Position numbers and translations under genes: made by a program | Shown here: one piece after another, positions 20,227 through 30,806 of the stretch | How the letters are laid out: each line of letters begins with the position of its first letter | Numbering within the stretch: position 1 is the first letter of the stretch | IMG/VR virus record: IMGVR_UViG_3300031918_000005 | Location: 1 to 64,000 of that record | Reading direction: 5' to 3' (one strand) | Source of the DNA: a virus | DNA length: 64,000 nucleotides | Notes under the pieces: model-generated | What the model saw: the letters and a program-made list of their open reading frames with translations, nothing else | Told to the model about the DNA's origin: nothing | Database searches by the model: none

Positions 20227-20364
20227 ATGAAAAAACCGAAAATTGTAAACACCGTTATTGCGGTCGAGCCTAAGATAACAAATGATATTTGTTATCATTT
20301 GTTGAGAGATAGAGTACTGACACATAGAGGTTACCATTGTGGAAAATGTGGAAAGCGTTTTTAA
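20227..20364 (+). CDS. 45-aa small Cys/His protein missed by the ORF track
   Basis: MKKPKIVNTVIAVEPKITNDICYH...YHCGKCGKRF*; fills the gap before rtcB. Confidence 0.5.
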   Translation: MKKPKIVNTVIAVEPKITNDICYHLLRDRVLTHRGYHCGKCGKRF

Positions 20365-20374
20365 ATTTTATTAT

Positions 20375-21553
20375 ATGAAAACGATTAAAAGAAATAACGG
20401 AAACGACATTAAAATTTATGCAACTACTTTAGAAGATGTTGCATTTGAGCAAATTAAAGAGCTTGGAGAATTTGAGCCTTATCAAGATTCTAAGATTAGA
20501 ATTATGCCTGATTGCCATGCTGGGGCAGGTTGTACCATTGGTACTACAATGGAAATTAAAGACAAGATTACGCCTAATTTAGTTGGTGTTGACATTGGTT
20601 GTGGAATGCTTACCGTAAAGCTAAGAGAAACCGATATTGATTTACAAAAGTTAGATGCTGTTATTAATGAGTTTGTGCCTAATGGTTTTAATACGCATTT
20701 AGAGCAGAAAGCGGAATTTGAGTTTCATAAATTGATTGCTAAAAACCTAAATATTGAACGTGCAAAACTTTCAATTGGCTCATTGGGTGGCGGAAACCAT
20801 TTTATTGAAGTTGGTAAAAATTCCAAAGATGAATTGTTTTTAGTAATTCATTCAGGCTCTCGAAATATTGGTGGACAAGTTGCAAAATATTACCAAGATA
20901 TTGCAATTGCCAATTTAACAGATAATTCAAAAGAGCGTGAAGAGTTGATTGAACGCCTAAAAACAGAAGGTAAGCAAAACGAGATTGGTGAAGAGTTGAA
21001 AAAACTTAAAAAGCCAATTATAAACAAGGATTTGGCTTACCTGACTGGCAATGATTTTAACAATTATATGCACGATATGGAATTGATGCAAAAATTTGCT
21101 GTATTAAATCGTAGAACTGTGGCAAATATTGTATTAGAAAAGGCAGAATTAACCGAAGCCGAAGCGTTTGAAACAATACATAACTATATTGACTTTAAGC
21201 GTATGATTTTGCGAAAAGGTGCTGTTTCTGCTGAAAATGGCGAAACATTGCTTATTCCAATTAATATGCGTGATGGTTCTATTATTGCTAAAGGCAAAGG
21301 AAATGAAGATTGGAACTACTCTGCACCACACGGAGCAGGGCGTTTAATGGGCAGAAATGAAGCGCATAAGAAATTGGACTTTGAAGAATTTAAAGAACAA
21401 ATGAAAGATGTTTATTCGACTTCTGTTTTAACTGAAACATTAGACGAAGCACCAAATGCTTATAAGTCAATGAATGAAATTATAGAAGCGATCGGGGAAA
21501 CTGTTGAGATTTTAGATATTATCAAACCTATTTACAATTTTAAGGCTCATTAA
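20375..21553 (+). CDS. rtcB: RNA-splicing/repair ligase RtcB
   Basis: MPDCHAG.GCTIG, VGVDIGCG, GSLGGGNHFIE, HSGSR, HNY, RKGA, SAPHGAGR, DEAP.AYK, YNFKA. Start moved to MKTIK. Confidence 0.95.
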   Translation: MKTIKRNNGNDIKIYATTLEDVAFEQIKELGEFEPYQDSKIRIMPDCHAGAGCTIGTTMEIKDKITPNLVGVDIGCGMLTVKLRETDIDLQKLDAVINEFVPNGFNTHLEQKAEFEFHKLIAKNLNIERAKLSIGSLGGGNHFIEVGKNSKDELFLVIHSGSRNIGGQVAKYYQDIAIANLTDNSKEREELIERLKTEGKQNEIGEELKKLKKPIINKDLAYLTGNDFNNYMHDMELMQKFAVLNRRTVANIVLEKAELTEAEAFETIHNYIDFKRMILRKGAVSAENGETLLIPINMRDGSIIAKGKGNEDWNYSAPHGAGRLMGRNEAHKKLDFEEFKEQMKDVYSTSVLTETLDEAPNAYKSMNEIIEAIGETVEILDIIKPIYNFKAH

Positions 21554-21867
21554 TGATTATACATCATGTTCACACAACAAATATTAAAATGTATACAATA
21601 AACCTAAAATTAGAAATAAAGGTAAAAATAGAAGATTTTGATACCGAAGATAAAATTGCTTCAGTAAATTATCCAAATGAAGGAAACTTCATAACCATTA
21701 GAAAAGGTCTAAACGCTGTTGAACTTTCCAATGCTATTTATCATGAGGTTGGTCATCTTATGGATTGGTACTTATCAAATGAAAACCAATCTAGTAATGT
21801 GGATATAAGAGAGAATAATGCCGAAATAATTGGTGAATCAATAAGATTTCGTGAATCATCAAAATAA
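21553..21867 (+). CDS. HExxH zinc metallopeptidase-like protein (ImmA/IrrE-like)
   Basis: AIYHEVGH...E.NA. Confidence 0.55.
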   Translation: MIIHHVHTTNIKMYTINLKLEIKVKIEDFDTEDKIASVNYPNEGNFITIRKGLNAVELSNAIYHEVGHLMDWYLSNENQSSNVDIRENNAEIIGESIRFRESSK

Positions 21868-21875
21868 ATTATATT

Positions 21876-22820
21876 ATGAATGTAATAATTGGAAACAGAA
21901 TATTTGCTGGTATACAAGTTTTTATTCAAAATATTGTTATACCATTAAACGGCAATAAAGAGGATTTATCATATTTTCAGAAATGGTACGATTCATCATT
22001 TGATTTAATTGGTAGGATGGCCAAAAAAGCTGATGTTGCTAGAGATTTTCCTTTCACAGAAGGCTATGATAAAGGTATCTTACGATGCTGTTTTCCTGAA
22101 ATCAATGAGCAAAATGATTGTGTTATATTAAGATATGACTTTAAAGAATATCTTAATGTTGGAGAACACATTTTAATAACAGAAGCTGATAAAGACAGAG
22201 CACTTGAAACGCTTAAGAAATATAAGGAACAATGTTCCCACATTATAAGAGATTGTGTTGAAAATGACTGTCCTACTCAAAGTTTCAAGGAAGGTGCTCC
22301 AAATGGTCAATGTGATGGTGATGGCCATTATATGTGTCGGAAATGTGAAGTCTTTAATCCTGAAAGCAAAGAATATATATCGGGTATTAATCACGAAATT
22401 CCACCAAGAAAATGTGCTGCTCAATATGGTAATGGTGATCATTGTCCCGAAGTCGGTAAACATAAATTGGTAGGTAGTGAAGATTATTTATGTGATGAAT
22501 GCTTTGAAAATTATCTAAATTCATACAATAAAAAGGTAATTTTCATTGAAGGTGCTGAACAAGTGCTTGAATTGATTCGTAATAATGTTTCAGGTTTAGC
22601 ATCACTTATGGGTTCATTCGGAAAAGGTGCTTTTACATCAACTAATGGCATAAGTATACTTATACCAGATGCTCTATTTAACACAGAACTTAAAGATAAG
22701 TTGACAAAATTGCTCAATACCTCAAAAGTTGAGGATAATGATTGGGGTGGGTGGCATTTCAGTGACACAGTTTGGGGAGATATCGACTTATTCTCTACCA
22801 CTAATGAATTTAATTATTAA
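21876..22820 (+). CDS. Mosaic hypothetical protein with Cys-rich modules
   Basis: Shares an ~45-aa module with 26318-26824. Confidence 0.6.
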   Translation: MNVIIGNRIFAGIQVFIQNIVIPLNGNKEDLSYFQKWYDSSFDLIGRMAKKADVARDFPFTEGYDKGILRCCFPEINEQNDCVILRYDFKEYLNVGEHILITEADKDRALETLKKYKEQCSHIIRDCVENDCPTQSFKEGAPNGQCDGDGHYMCRKCEVFNPESKEYISGINHEIPPRKCAAQYGNGDHCPEVGKHKLVGSEDYLCDECFENYLNSYNKKVIFIEGAEQVLELIRNNVSGLASLMGSFGKGAFTSTNGISILIPDALFNTELKDKLTKLLNTSKVEDNDWGGWHFSDTVWGDIDLFSTTNEFNY

Positions 22821-22825
22821 TTAAG

Positions 22826-23646
22826 ATGGAAAAACCGTATATAATAGAAAATTTAGAAAATTATCGTAAAGATGGAAATCATCAAAAATGTATTATTGAT
22901 TTACCATTTGATATAACTAAGGGATTAGATGGTTTCTCTTATTACGATAAGAAAGGTAAAATCCACCAATACAATATGTTTAAAAGTGGAAGAATTGATG
23001 ATAGATGGATAATATTTATAAAACCTGAAGCACCTGAATCTTTGAAAAAATTGTTTGATGTAAAAATGAGTAAGGATTTGGAAAGACTCATAAGATACGC
23101 AGTTGGATTGTATAAGAAAAGTCTTGACATGGAACAATCCAAATTGAGATATAAATTTAGATATTACTTATGAATTAATAATAACTTAAAATAAAAACAT
23201 TATGATAATCGCAATTAATCCAAAAACTGTACACAATTCAAATGTGAAACTCACTGGTGATATTAATGAAGATAATAAAAACTTCTTTCCTGAAGTTGCT
23301 AAAGCTTTTGAAGCTGGAAAATTATTCATCACAGATAATGATAAAGGTATTTATAAGATAGATTCCGCAACATCTGTTACACAATTTGGTGAAGTTACAG
23401 AATGGTAAACTTATGTTAGATACCAGTGTGCTACTTGCTAAAGTTGGAACTGAAATCCAGCACGAAAATAAAACTTATATTATTAGTGATTTACTTATTA
23501 TAGCTGATGACTTAATTTGGAACGAACCAAGCAGAAAGGTCGATAAATGTATATCTGTTTTAGGTGATTACATTGTTATTGAAATGGATAATGGTATGAG
23601 AGCTTCATTTTGGAAAAAGAGATATCAGAAACTTATCAAGAAATGA
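22826..23646 (+). other. Three hypothetical CDS (22826-23173, 23202-23408, ~23413-23646)
   Basis: ORFs in array. Confidence 0.55.
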
Positions 23647-23659
23647 TAGGAATATGAAA

Positions 23660-23690
23660 TTGATTATATTATCCTATTATCAATTATAAA
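23660..23690 (+). promoter_or_regulatory. Candidate sigma70-like promoter TTGATT-N19-TATAAA
   Basis: Upstream of the AP2/HNH gene. Confidence 0.5.
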
Positions 23691-23720
23691 GATATAGAAA
23701 TAATTTAAAAAATAGAAATT

Positions 23721-24746
23721 ATGCCTATCAAAAATTCATCAGCTACTGGATATAGAGGTGTACTAAAAACATCAGCAGGAAGATACTCCGCATACATGAG
23801 TAACAGAACTACTAGAAAAACTGAATATTTGGGTGTTTTTAATACACCTGAAGAAGCAAGTGAAGCATATAATAAAAGAGCTAAAGAAATAATCAACGAA
23901 GCACCAAAAATTGAAAATCTACCTAATGAACAATGGGTAGATATTGTTGGATATGAAGGTCTTTTTCAAATATCAAATTTTGGAAGAGTTAAGAATATTA
24001 AATATCTTTATGAAGATGGTAGAGAAAAATTATCTAAATTCAGCAAAAAAAATAAGTTTGGAAAAATCTATCTTGCAGTTAGTTTAGAAAAAGATGGTAA
24101 AGACCTTAAATTTATGGTTCAAAGGTTGGTTTTTGTTGGTTTTATTGACAAATATTTACATCCTCAAGCAAAAATACTTCATATTGATGGTAATACTTCA
24201 AATAATAAAGTATCCAATCTTCAAATTGCTACAACAAGAATGGCTGTTCAAAACAGAAAAAATAAATCTGGTGCTACTGGTGTGGAAAAAACACCAGTAG
24301 GTAGATATTTTGCAAGAATTAAAAATAGCATAACTAAAAAGAGAGAAACTTTGGGTACATTTGATACACTTGAAGAAGCAAGTGAAATTTATCAGAAAAG
24401 AGCTAAAGAGCTACAAGAAGAATATGATGCTATATATAGTTATGGTTATAAATCACTTAATAATGGAACTGGCTTTACTGGTGTTTATGAAGCGGAAAAA
24501 GGTAGATTTCAAGCCATAATGTATAATAGCATACTTAAAAAAATGGAATGTTTGGGAACATTTGATACATCTGAAGAAGCAAGTGAAGTATTTCAAAAAA
24601 GAAAGGCTGAATTTGTTGAAAGTAAAAAAATTGAAATGACTGTTGAATGTTTATATTGTGGAAGACTTTTTGCTAAAGAAACTAATCATAAATGTCATAA
24701 TCCTAAAACATATAGAACTAAAAACTTCATGTGGAAAAATTTATGA
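23721..24746 (+). CDS. AP2-NUMOD4-HNH-AP2-AP2 homing-endonuclease-like protein
   Basis: EQWVDIVGYEGLFQISNFGRV (NUMOD4), HIDGNTSNNKVSNL (HNH), three G..GV...GR..A....LG.F.T.EEA..Y/F AP2 repeats. Confidence 0.85.
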   Translation: MPIKNSSATGYRGVLKTSAGRYSAYMSNRTTRKTEYLGVFNTPEEASEAYNKRAKEIINEAPKIENLPNEQWVDIVGYEGLFQISNFGRVKNIKYLYEDGREKLSKFSKKNKFGKIYLAVSLEKDGKDLKFMVQRLVFVGFIDKYLHPQAKILHIDGNTSNNKVSNLQIATTRMAVQNRKNKSGATGVEKTPVGRYFARIKNSITKKRETLGTFDTLEEASEIYQKRAKELQEEYDAIYSYGYKSLNNGTGFTGVYEAEKGRFQAIMYNSILKKMECLGTFDTSEEASEVFQKRKAEFVESKKIEMTVECLYCGRLFAKETNHKCHNPKTYRTKNFMWKNL

Positions 24747-24817
24747 CATTATGACATGACAGAACTGACAAATATGTCAGTTGACATATTAATAATGAAT
24801 TTTGGCACGATTTTTGT
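24744..24817 (+). promoter_or_regulatory. sigma54-type promoter copy 4 with TGACA cluster
   Basis: TTGGCACGATTTTTGT at 24802-24817; TGACA at 24744, 24752, 24757, 24766 and 24782; TGTCA at 24775. Confidence 0.7.
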
Positions 24818-25005
24818 AGGAAAATAATCGAATTCTTTGAAATGATGGATTGAATAGAGGGTACAAGTAAGACTGACTGGACTGCAATGAAAGTAGGCAT
24901 ACAAGTAATAGAGTGATAAGGGGAAGATAAGTAATTATTCTTTGGTATACAGTAAGACCTTGCAACTAACGAAAGATTCATTTAATAATTTAAAAAATAG
25001 AAATT

Positions 25006-25788
25006 ATGGGTAAAAACAATTTTAAATCTTTATTAGTTGATAACTTGTTAAATGAACAATGGGTTGATGTTGTTGGATATGAAGGCTTGTATATGGTATC
25101 AAATTTTGGTAGGATTAAAAATATCAAGCGTTTGTGTGTTGATGGTGTTGAAAAATTGGTAAAAATTGGTAAAAATATATATCATGGTGAACCATATTCA
25201 ATTGTTGTAGTTTCAAAAGATGATAAAATTACAAAATGTATAGTTAATAGATTAGTAATTAATGGTTTTGTTTGTAAAGATTTACACCCATGTATAAAAG
25301 TAATTAATATTGATGGTGATTTCACGAACAATATTGTTTCTAATTTACAAATTAATAATTTACAAATTAGAAAAAATAAATTTGGTTTATCTGGAATTAG
25401 TGTTACACGACATGGCAAATATCAAGCTAAAATCAAAAACAGTATAACTAAAATTGTTGAGCATTTGGGTACTTTTGACACTCCTGAAGAGGCAAGTGAT
25501 GCTTATCAAAGAAGAAAACTTGAACTTGATGAACAATATAAATTTAAATATGGTGAACAATATAAATTTAAAAATTGTCATGTTAGTGATACAGGTATAA
25601 CTGGTGTCCATGAAGCTAAAAAGGGTAGATTTTTTGCAAGTATATATAATAATGAAACTAAAAAGATGAAACATTTGGGTACTTTTGATACAGCTCAAGA
25701 AGCACATGTAGCATATCAATTGGAAAGACAAAAATATCTTCATGAAATCATGGTTGGTAAAGATACTAAAATATTACATACAAAATAG
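25006..25788 (+). CDS. NUMOD4-(degenerate HNH)-AP2-AP2 protein, paralogue of 23721
   Basis: NEQWVDVVGYEGLYMVSNFGRI; NIDGDFTNNIVSNL lacks the catalytic His; two AP2 repeats. Confidence 0.8.
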   Translation: MGKNNFKSLLVDNLLNEQWVDVVGYEGLYMVSNFGRIKNIKRLCVDGVEKLVKIGKNIYHGEPYSIVVVSKDDKITKCIVNRLVINGFVCKDLHPCIKVINIDGDFTNNIVSNLQINNLQIRKNKFGLSGISVTRHGKYQAKIKNSITKIVEHLGTFDTPEEASDAYQRRKLELDEQYKFKYGEQYKFKNCHVSDTGITGVHEAKKGRFFASIYNNETKKMKHLGTFDTAQEAHVAYQLERQKYLHEIMVGKDTKILHTK

Positions 25789-25793
25789 AAATT

Positions 25794-27339
25794 ATGGAAA
25801 AAATGAACGATGTAATCAATGAAGACAATTTATTCAAGATTGGATTTAAAAAACATTATGCCAACGAGCCTTTGGGTTTTTACATGCTGGAAACAGAGAA
25901 GAAAAAACTTGAGGATAACTTCATATTCACAGTCGGTTTTGATATGACATTATCGCTTGGTAGTAATAGACATAGTGCCATTAAAAAGCTTCCACATATC
26001 AAAACTATCACACAAATCAAGGAATTATATCACATTTTAATGGATGAAGTATTGGAAGATACGATATATCTGTTTGATGTTAAACGTGAAGATTTCTATG
26101 AATATAGCAGACCAAAAGACCGTACAAGGAAACGACTTGAAGAAATGGCTAGACTTGGTATGTCGGAAATCGGTTCTGTATCATTCGGTATAGAAGGTGT
26201 TATGAGCGGATTCCACATTGAAAGAGTATGGGATTTCGATGAGAAAGATTTCAACGGTTATATTGATTGGGTAAAATCGAAAATTAAGGAACGTTCAGAT
26301 AATAAAAATTAAAAATCGTGAAAATAACTATCAATGATAAAGAATTTTATTGTTATAAAAGTGCTTGCACATCAAATGTAATATTTATAGCATGTAATAC
26401 TCTTAATAATGAGGACATACAATTTTTCAAGAATTGGCAAAGGGAAAGATATGATGGTGCTGATGATGATGGTGATGGAAAAGCAATACTTAAAAAAAAC
26501 CATAAAGATTATCGTAAAGATATTCGTTTTGTAGATGGTAAAAAACATGGTGTATTTAGGTCTTGTTGGATTACAACTGATAATACAATTAACACCATTA
26601 TAATTAGTTTTGATTATAAAAAAATTATTGATTTCAAAGAATTAAAAAGTATATCTTCAATTGCTATTTTCGACCTTGATAACATCACAACTGAAGATAA
26701 GGATAAAGCATTAGAAATCATTAGAAGATATAAAGAGCAATGCTCTCATGTTATCAGGGACTATGTTGAAAATGATTGTTGTCCTTCACAAAGTTTTAAA
26801 GAAGGCAAGCCAAAAGGTCAATAAATGGAAATGTATTAAGTGTGGGTGTATGAAATCTGAACATATAAATCAATAAGTTATGCTTGAAAATAAACTTGAA
26901 AATATCAAACAAGAATATCTAGATATTGATACAGAAATACCTTTAATAATATTTGATAAAGATGATAAAACAAGCGAAATCATAATAAAAACTTGCTTTG
27001 TTTGCAGAGGCTCGGGGAAATTAAGATCGCTGATTTCAGGTGATATCAAAATTTGTCATGTTTGTAAAGGTGCTAAAAAAATAAAAATGTATTCAAATGG
27101 TAAATTAAAAAATAATAATAAACAAATTAAAAATTAAAATTATGGCTCAAAAACAATTACCTCAAATCAAAATCTTCAAAGTTGACGACTATGAAACCGC
27201 CTTAGACCTTGAAATATCTATAAACAGTTATATACTTGAATGTTTTAACAAAGATGGTTGGTATCCATCACAGATTGATACCAATTCTAAGTTTATAACT
27301 GTGATTTCTAATAAGTTGGTGAAAATTGAAAAGGATTAA
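25794..27339 (+). other. Four hypothetical CDS (25794-26312, 26318-26824, 26880-27137 with DnaJ-type CxxCxG zinc motifs, 27142-27339)
   Basis: ORFs in array; CFVCRGSG...CHVCKG in 26880. Confidence 0.6.
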
Positions 27340-27402
27340 TATACTCGATATATAAAATATTGCCAAATTTTGTTTTTCATGTTGATTAATTTTAAATTGC
27401 TT

Positions 27403-27439
27403 AAAAGTCCAATTATCTGCTCAATGATTGGACTTTTTT
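27403..27439 (+). terminator. Intrinsic terminator closing the accessory array
   Basis: AAAAGTCCAAT...ATTGGACTTTTTT. Confidence 0.75.
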
Positions 27440-27443
27440 GTGT

Positions 27444-27493
27444 TAAATAATTAAAAAGTCCAATATTGTAACAAACATTCCTAAATAATTAAA
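27444..27493 (+). promoter_or_regulatory. Two candidate late promoters TAAATAATTAAA (27444, 27482)
   Basis: The exact 12-mer also occurs before the protease, sheath and gp25-like genes. Confidence 0.55.
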
Positions 27494-27499
27494 AGGAAT

Positions 27500-28693
27500 A
27501 TGTATAACAATTTATATAAATGGTATTGTGATAATGCTTATAATACCTACCATTTACAGAATTCAAAAGAATACAAACAAATTTTATCGTTAACACAATT
27601 TTTAGATATTCATTATAATAATTTAAAAATTGGTCAACGAATTTGGCATATAAAAAATAAAAATTTTAATACACGATTATGTGTGATATGTAATAAACCA
27701 TCTAAATTTGTCAGAGGGGAAAGAGGATATCTACCAACATGCGGTTGTGATTACTGTAAAAAAGAATGTATTAAAATAAGTAATGGCAAAATTAAAATCT
27801 TAAAGGAATTAAACAATGTTAATAAAAATGATGTTATGTTATTAACTCATTTTTTACCAAAAGATGTTGGATATACTCAACGAATTTGGCATATAAAAAA
27901 CGAATTTTATGAAATTCCAAAATGTGTTGTATGTGGTGTAATTACAAAATGGGATGTAAAACACAACAGATATATATCGACATGTTCTAAAAAATGTGGA
28001 CATGAGTACAGATACTCTGAAAAAGAAAGATGTAGAAGAGATATAATAAAATTAGAAACAAATATTCAAAAATATGGTGTTTCTAATTATTCCAAAAGTA
28101 AAGAATATAGAGATTGTATTATAAAAGAATTAAACAAAAAATTCTTAATATATGGGTTTTCAAATAAAGGCTATATACCATACGAAATAAAAGAAAAATC
28201 TTATACAATGCATTGTTCAAATTGTGGTAATGATTTTGATATATCAAACAAAACATTATATTATAGATTAAAACATAATATAGGATTGTGTGTTGCATGT
28301 AATCCTATAAATAAATTCTATTCAAATCAAGAAAAACAATTATCTGATTATATAAAATCAATATATAATGGAGAAATTAATGAAAATGTAAGAAAAAAAG
28401 AATTGATATTTCCTTATGAAATTGATATTTATCTTCCCGAATTAAAAATCGCTATAGAATTTAATGGTGATTATTTTCATATGAATCCAAAATTTTATGG
28501 TAAAAACGATTATAACTTTTTAATAAAGAAAACTGCTGAACAAATTTGGGAAAAAGATAAATTGAAATCATTAATGTGTAAAGAAAAACGAATTGAATTT
28601 ATTACAATTTGGGAAAAAGATTGGATTGAAAGACAAACAACAATTAAAAGATATCTAAATAATAAAATTAATACTAATAAAATATTAAAATAA
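27500..28693 (+). CDS. Free-standing Zn-finger + Vsr/DUF559-like (PD-(D/E)xK) homing-endonuclease-like protein
   Basis: Two QRIWHIKN..C..C repeats; PYEIDIYLPELKIAIEFNGDYFH; ITIWEKDW. Confidence 0.75.
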   Translation: MYNNLYKWYCDNAYNTYHLQNSKEYKQILSLTQFLDIHYNNLKIGQRIWHIKNKNFNTRLCVICNKPSKFVRGERGYLPTCGCDYCKKECIKISNGKIKILKELNNVNKNDVMLLTHFLPKDVGYTQRIWHIKNEFYEIPKCVVCGVITKWDVKHNRYISTCSKKCGHEYRYSEKERCRRDIIKLETNIQKYGVSNYSKSKEYRDCIIKELNKKFLIYGFSNKGYIPYEIKEKSYTMHCSNCGNDFDISNKTLYYRLKHNIGLCVACNPINKFYSNQEKQLSDYIKSIYNGEINENVRKKELIFPYEIDIYLPELKIAIEFNGDYFHMNPKFYGKNDYNFLIKKTAEQIWEKDKLKSLMCKEKRIEFITIWEKDWIERQTTIKRYLNNKINTNKILK

Positions 28694-28699
28694 TATATT

Positions 28700-30793
28700 A
28701 TGATATGTCCTCTTCTCTCAATTATTCGTAAAGGAACATTCATTACGATGCCATCTGCATCTGAAGACCTCAACAATGCTTTCATTCCACAGAATGCAAA
28801 TAATGGATTTCAGTTCTCACATTTCGCATTGCTCAACATACCAAATATAAAACCAACTCTTGGTGGAAATGTTCAAAATTCTGTTGATTTCTTGAACATT
28901 GAAGGTCATTTTGTTCAAGGTCTAAACACCCAAAATATAGACCCAAATGCTCAAAACAAGTTAGATTTATCGGAAAGCTTTCAAAATTATGTCTTGAACT
29001 TCGAAGCGAATTTGACTTCTCAAGAAACCTATAACAGAGCAAATTTAAACACTGTATCTGAAAGGATTTTCTTTAAATGGCTAAAGGAAATCGGTGCTTT
29101 AAGATTCCAAGAAGCTACAAATACAAAGAAAGTATCAACGGTGACCGAAAAAAGGTTCTTGGAAGAAGATAATGTTGTTAATCTTTATGAAAGATGCGTT
29201 CAATATGTTGGTGCTGTAGAAATGCAGGGGTCTAACTTCAAACAAAATGAAAATCAATTCAATGAAGTTTATATCAATATACCTTCACAAAATGGTAATA
29301 CTCCTACTGTACTCTTTAAATCACTATCAGATGAAAATTATAATGAAAACACTATAGTTCAAGCCGTTGTTAACCCTGAATTTATTAAAGGAAGAGATGA
29401 AACCGACAACCCAACCAGTGCTGGTCTAACAGTTGAAGCAATTTATGATGTTGATGTAGCAGTTGGTGGTGTTGATTACTTGGTTAATGGTGTAAGCACT
29501 CCTACTTCTTGGTATGGTTCTAAAGCTACAAATACAAATGCTTATATTACGGATTCTGTATTCAATGACCCAACTACCGATACTATAACCAGAACCGATG
29601 GATCGACTACACTAATTTTCAAACGATCTAGACTTGATGGAATATCGATAGATTTTGATATCGAAAATTATCAAGAAGTGGTTGACTACAATGAAGCAAA
29701 TTCAGATCAAATAACAACATTCACACAATTCAACAGTACTACAAGTTCAACAAATTTCAACTTTAATGTGATGTTGCTTTATTATGATGTTTATGATTCT
29801 GTAGATACTACATTAAGAGCAACTAATTTGTTTGGTGTGCTTTTCCTTGATGATATCATTTCAGTTGTTGATAATATTTCTAAAATTAATACTTTACAAA
29901 AAATTAAGCAATCCAATTTTTTGGGTAATACTGGTAATGGTTATGGTCTGAAACTCAACTTTAAATTTGATGTTTCAACAAATTCAGTTGATAAGAAAAT
30001 TGAGGTAAGTGTAAATGACTATAATACAATGTCGATGTCGATGTTTGTTGATGCAATGAATAATATTCAACTCCTATCAAGGAATTATGAAGAAATGCTT
30101 GTTTATAACAAATCACTCATTACCCAAAACGAAGAATACCAAAGACTTCTTAGTGATTCAAATTTGATGAGTACAGTTTCTACCATACTCAACAATCAGA
30201 ACATACTTTTGGTAGATAATGTTAATGAGGAAGAAATTCTTGCATTGATTGAAAAACAACAAACTCAAATCACTAAAATTTTACAAGGTGAAACATCAGT
30301 TGATGTTAACATTCTTTTTGCAGTTAATGGATTTCAAGGTATAACAGCAATTGTTGATGGTCAAAATATATCACTTACCAATAATGCACAAATATATAAC
30401 AATATAATCAAAAAGAACTTTGATTTATCTGCTGGTAATGTATCTGCTGTGGAAAACATTATAACACTCAATCCACTTTCAACACTTGTATACCACGAAA
30501 ATGGGTTCATTGAAAAAGTGGCTCAAGCAAATTTGATTCTAAAAGTTGATGATTCAGCCAATAAATGGAAAAAAGGCCAAACAATGAGAATTGTTTTCAA
30601 TCATGCAATCGATATGCAAAACTTTGCAATTTATATCTATACTGATGAAAATGGATCTGCTTCAGGTTCTAACACACCATATTCCAAACTTATCGGTACA
30701 ATTGATGAATTGGGAACAGAACGTTATCCAGTTTTTGATATCACTTGTGTTGATGTAACAACTTATGATTTTATAATGACTAGAATACAATAA
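28700..30793 (+). CDS. Large virion structural protein (putative baseplate/tail)
   Basis: 697 aa, N/T/S/V-rich, beta-rich; downstream of the late-type motif. Confidence 0.55.
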   Translation: MICPLLSIIRKGTFITMPSASEDLNNAFIPQNANNGFQFSHFALLNIPNIKPTLGGNVQNSVDFLNIEGHFVQGLNTQNIDPNAQNKLDLSESFQNYVLNFEANLTSQETYNRANLNTVSERIFFKWLKEIGALRFQEATNTKKVSTVTEKRFLEEDNVVNLYERCVQYVGAVEMQGSNFKQNENQFNEVYINIPSQNGNTPTVLFKSLSDENYNENTIVQAVVNPEFIKGRDETDNPTSAGLTVEAIYDVDVAVGGVDYLVNGVSTPTSWYGSKATNTNAYITDSVFNDPTTDTITRTDGSTTLIFKRSRLDGISIDFDIENYQEVVDYNEANSDQITTFTQFNSTTSSTNFNFNVMLLYYDVYDSVDTTLRATNLFGVLFLDDIISVVDNISKINTLQKIKQSNFLGNTGNGYGLKLNFKFDVSTNSVDKKIEVSVNDYNTMSMSMFVDAMNNIQLLSRNYEEMLVYNKSLITQNEEYQRLLSDSNLMSTVSTILNNQNILLVDNVNEEEILALIEKQQTQITKILQGETSVDVNILFAVNGFQGITAIVDGQNISLTNNAQIYNNIIKKNFDLSAGNVSAVENIITLNPLSTLVYHENGFIEKVAQANLILKVDDSANKWKKGQTMRIVFNHAIDMQNFAIYIYTDENGSASGSNTPYSKLIGTIDELGTERYPVFDITCVDVTTYDFIMTRIQ

Positions 30794-30806
30794 AATAGCA
30801 AATAAT

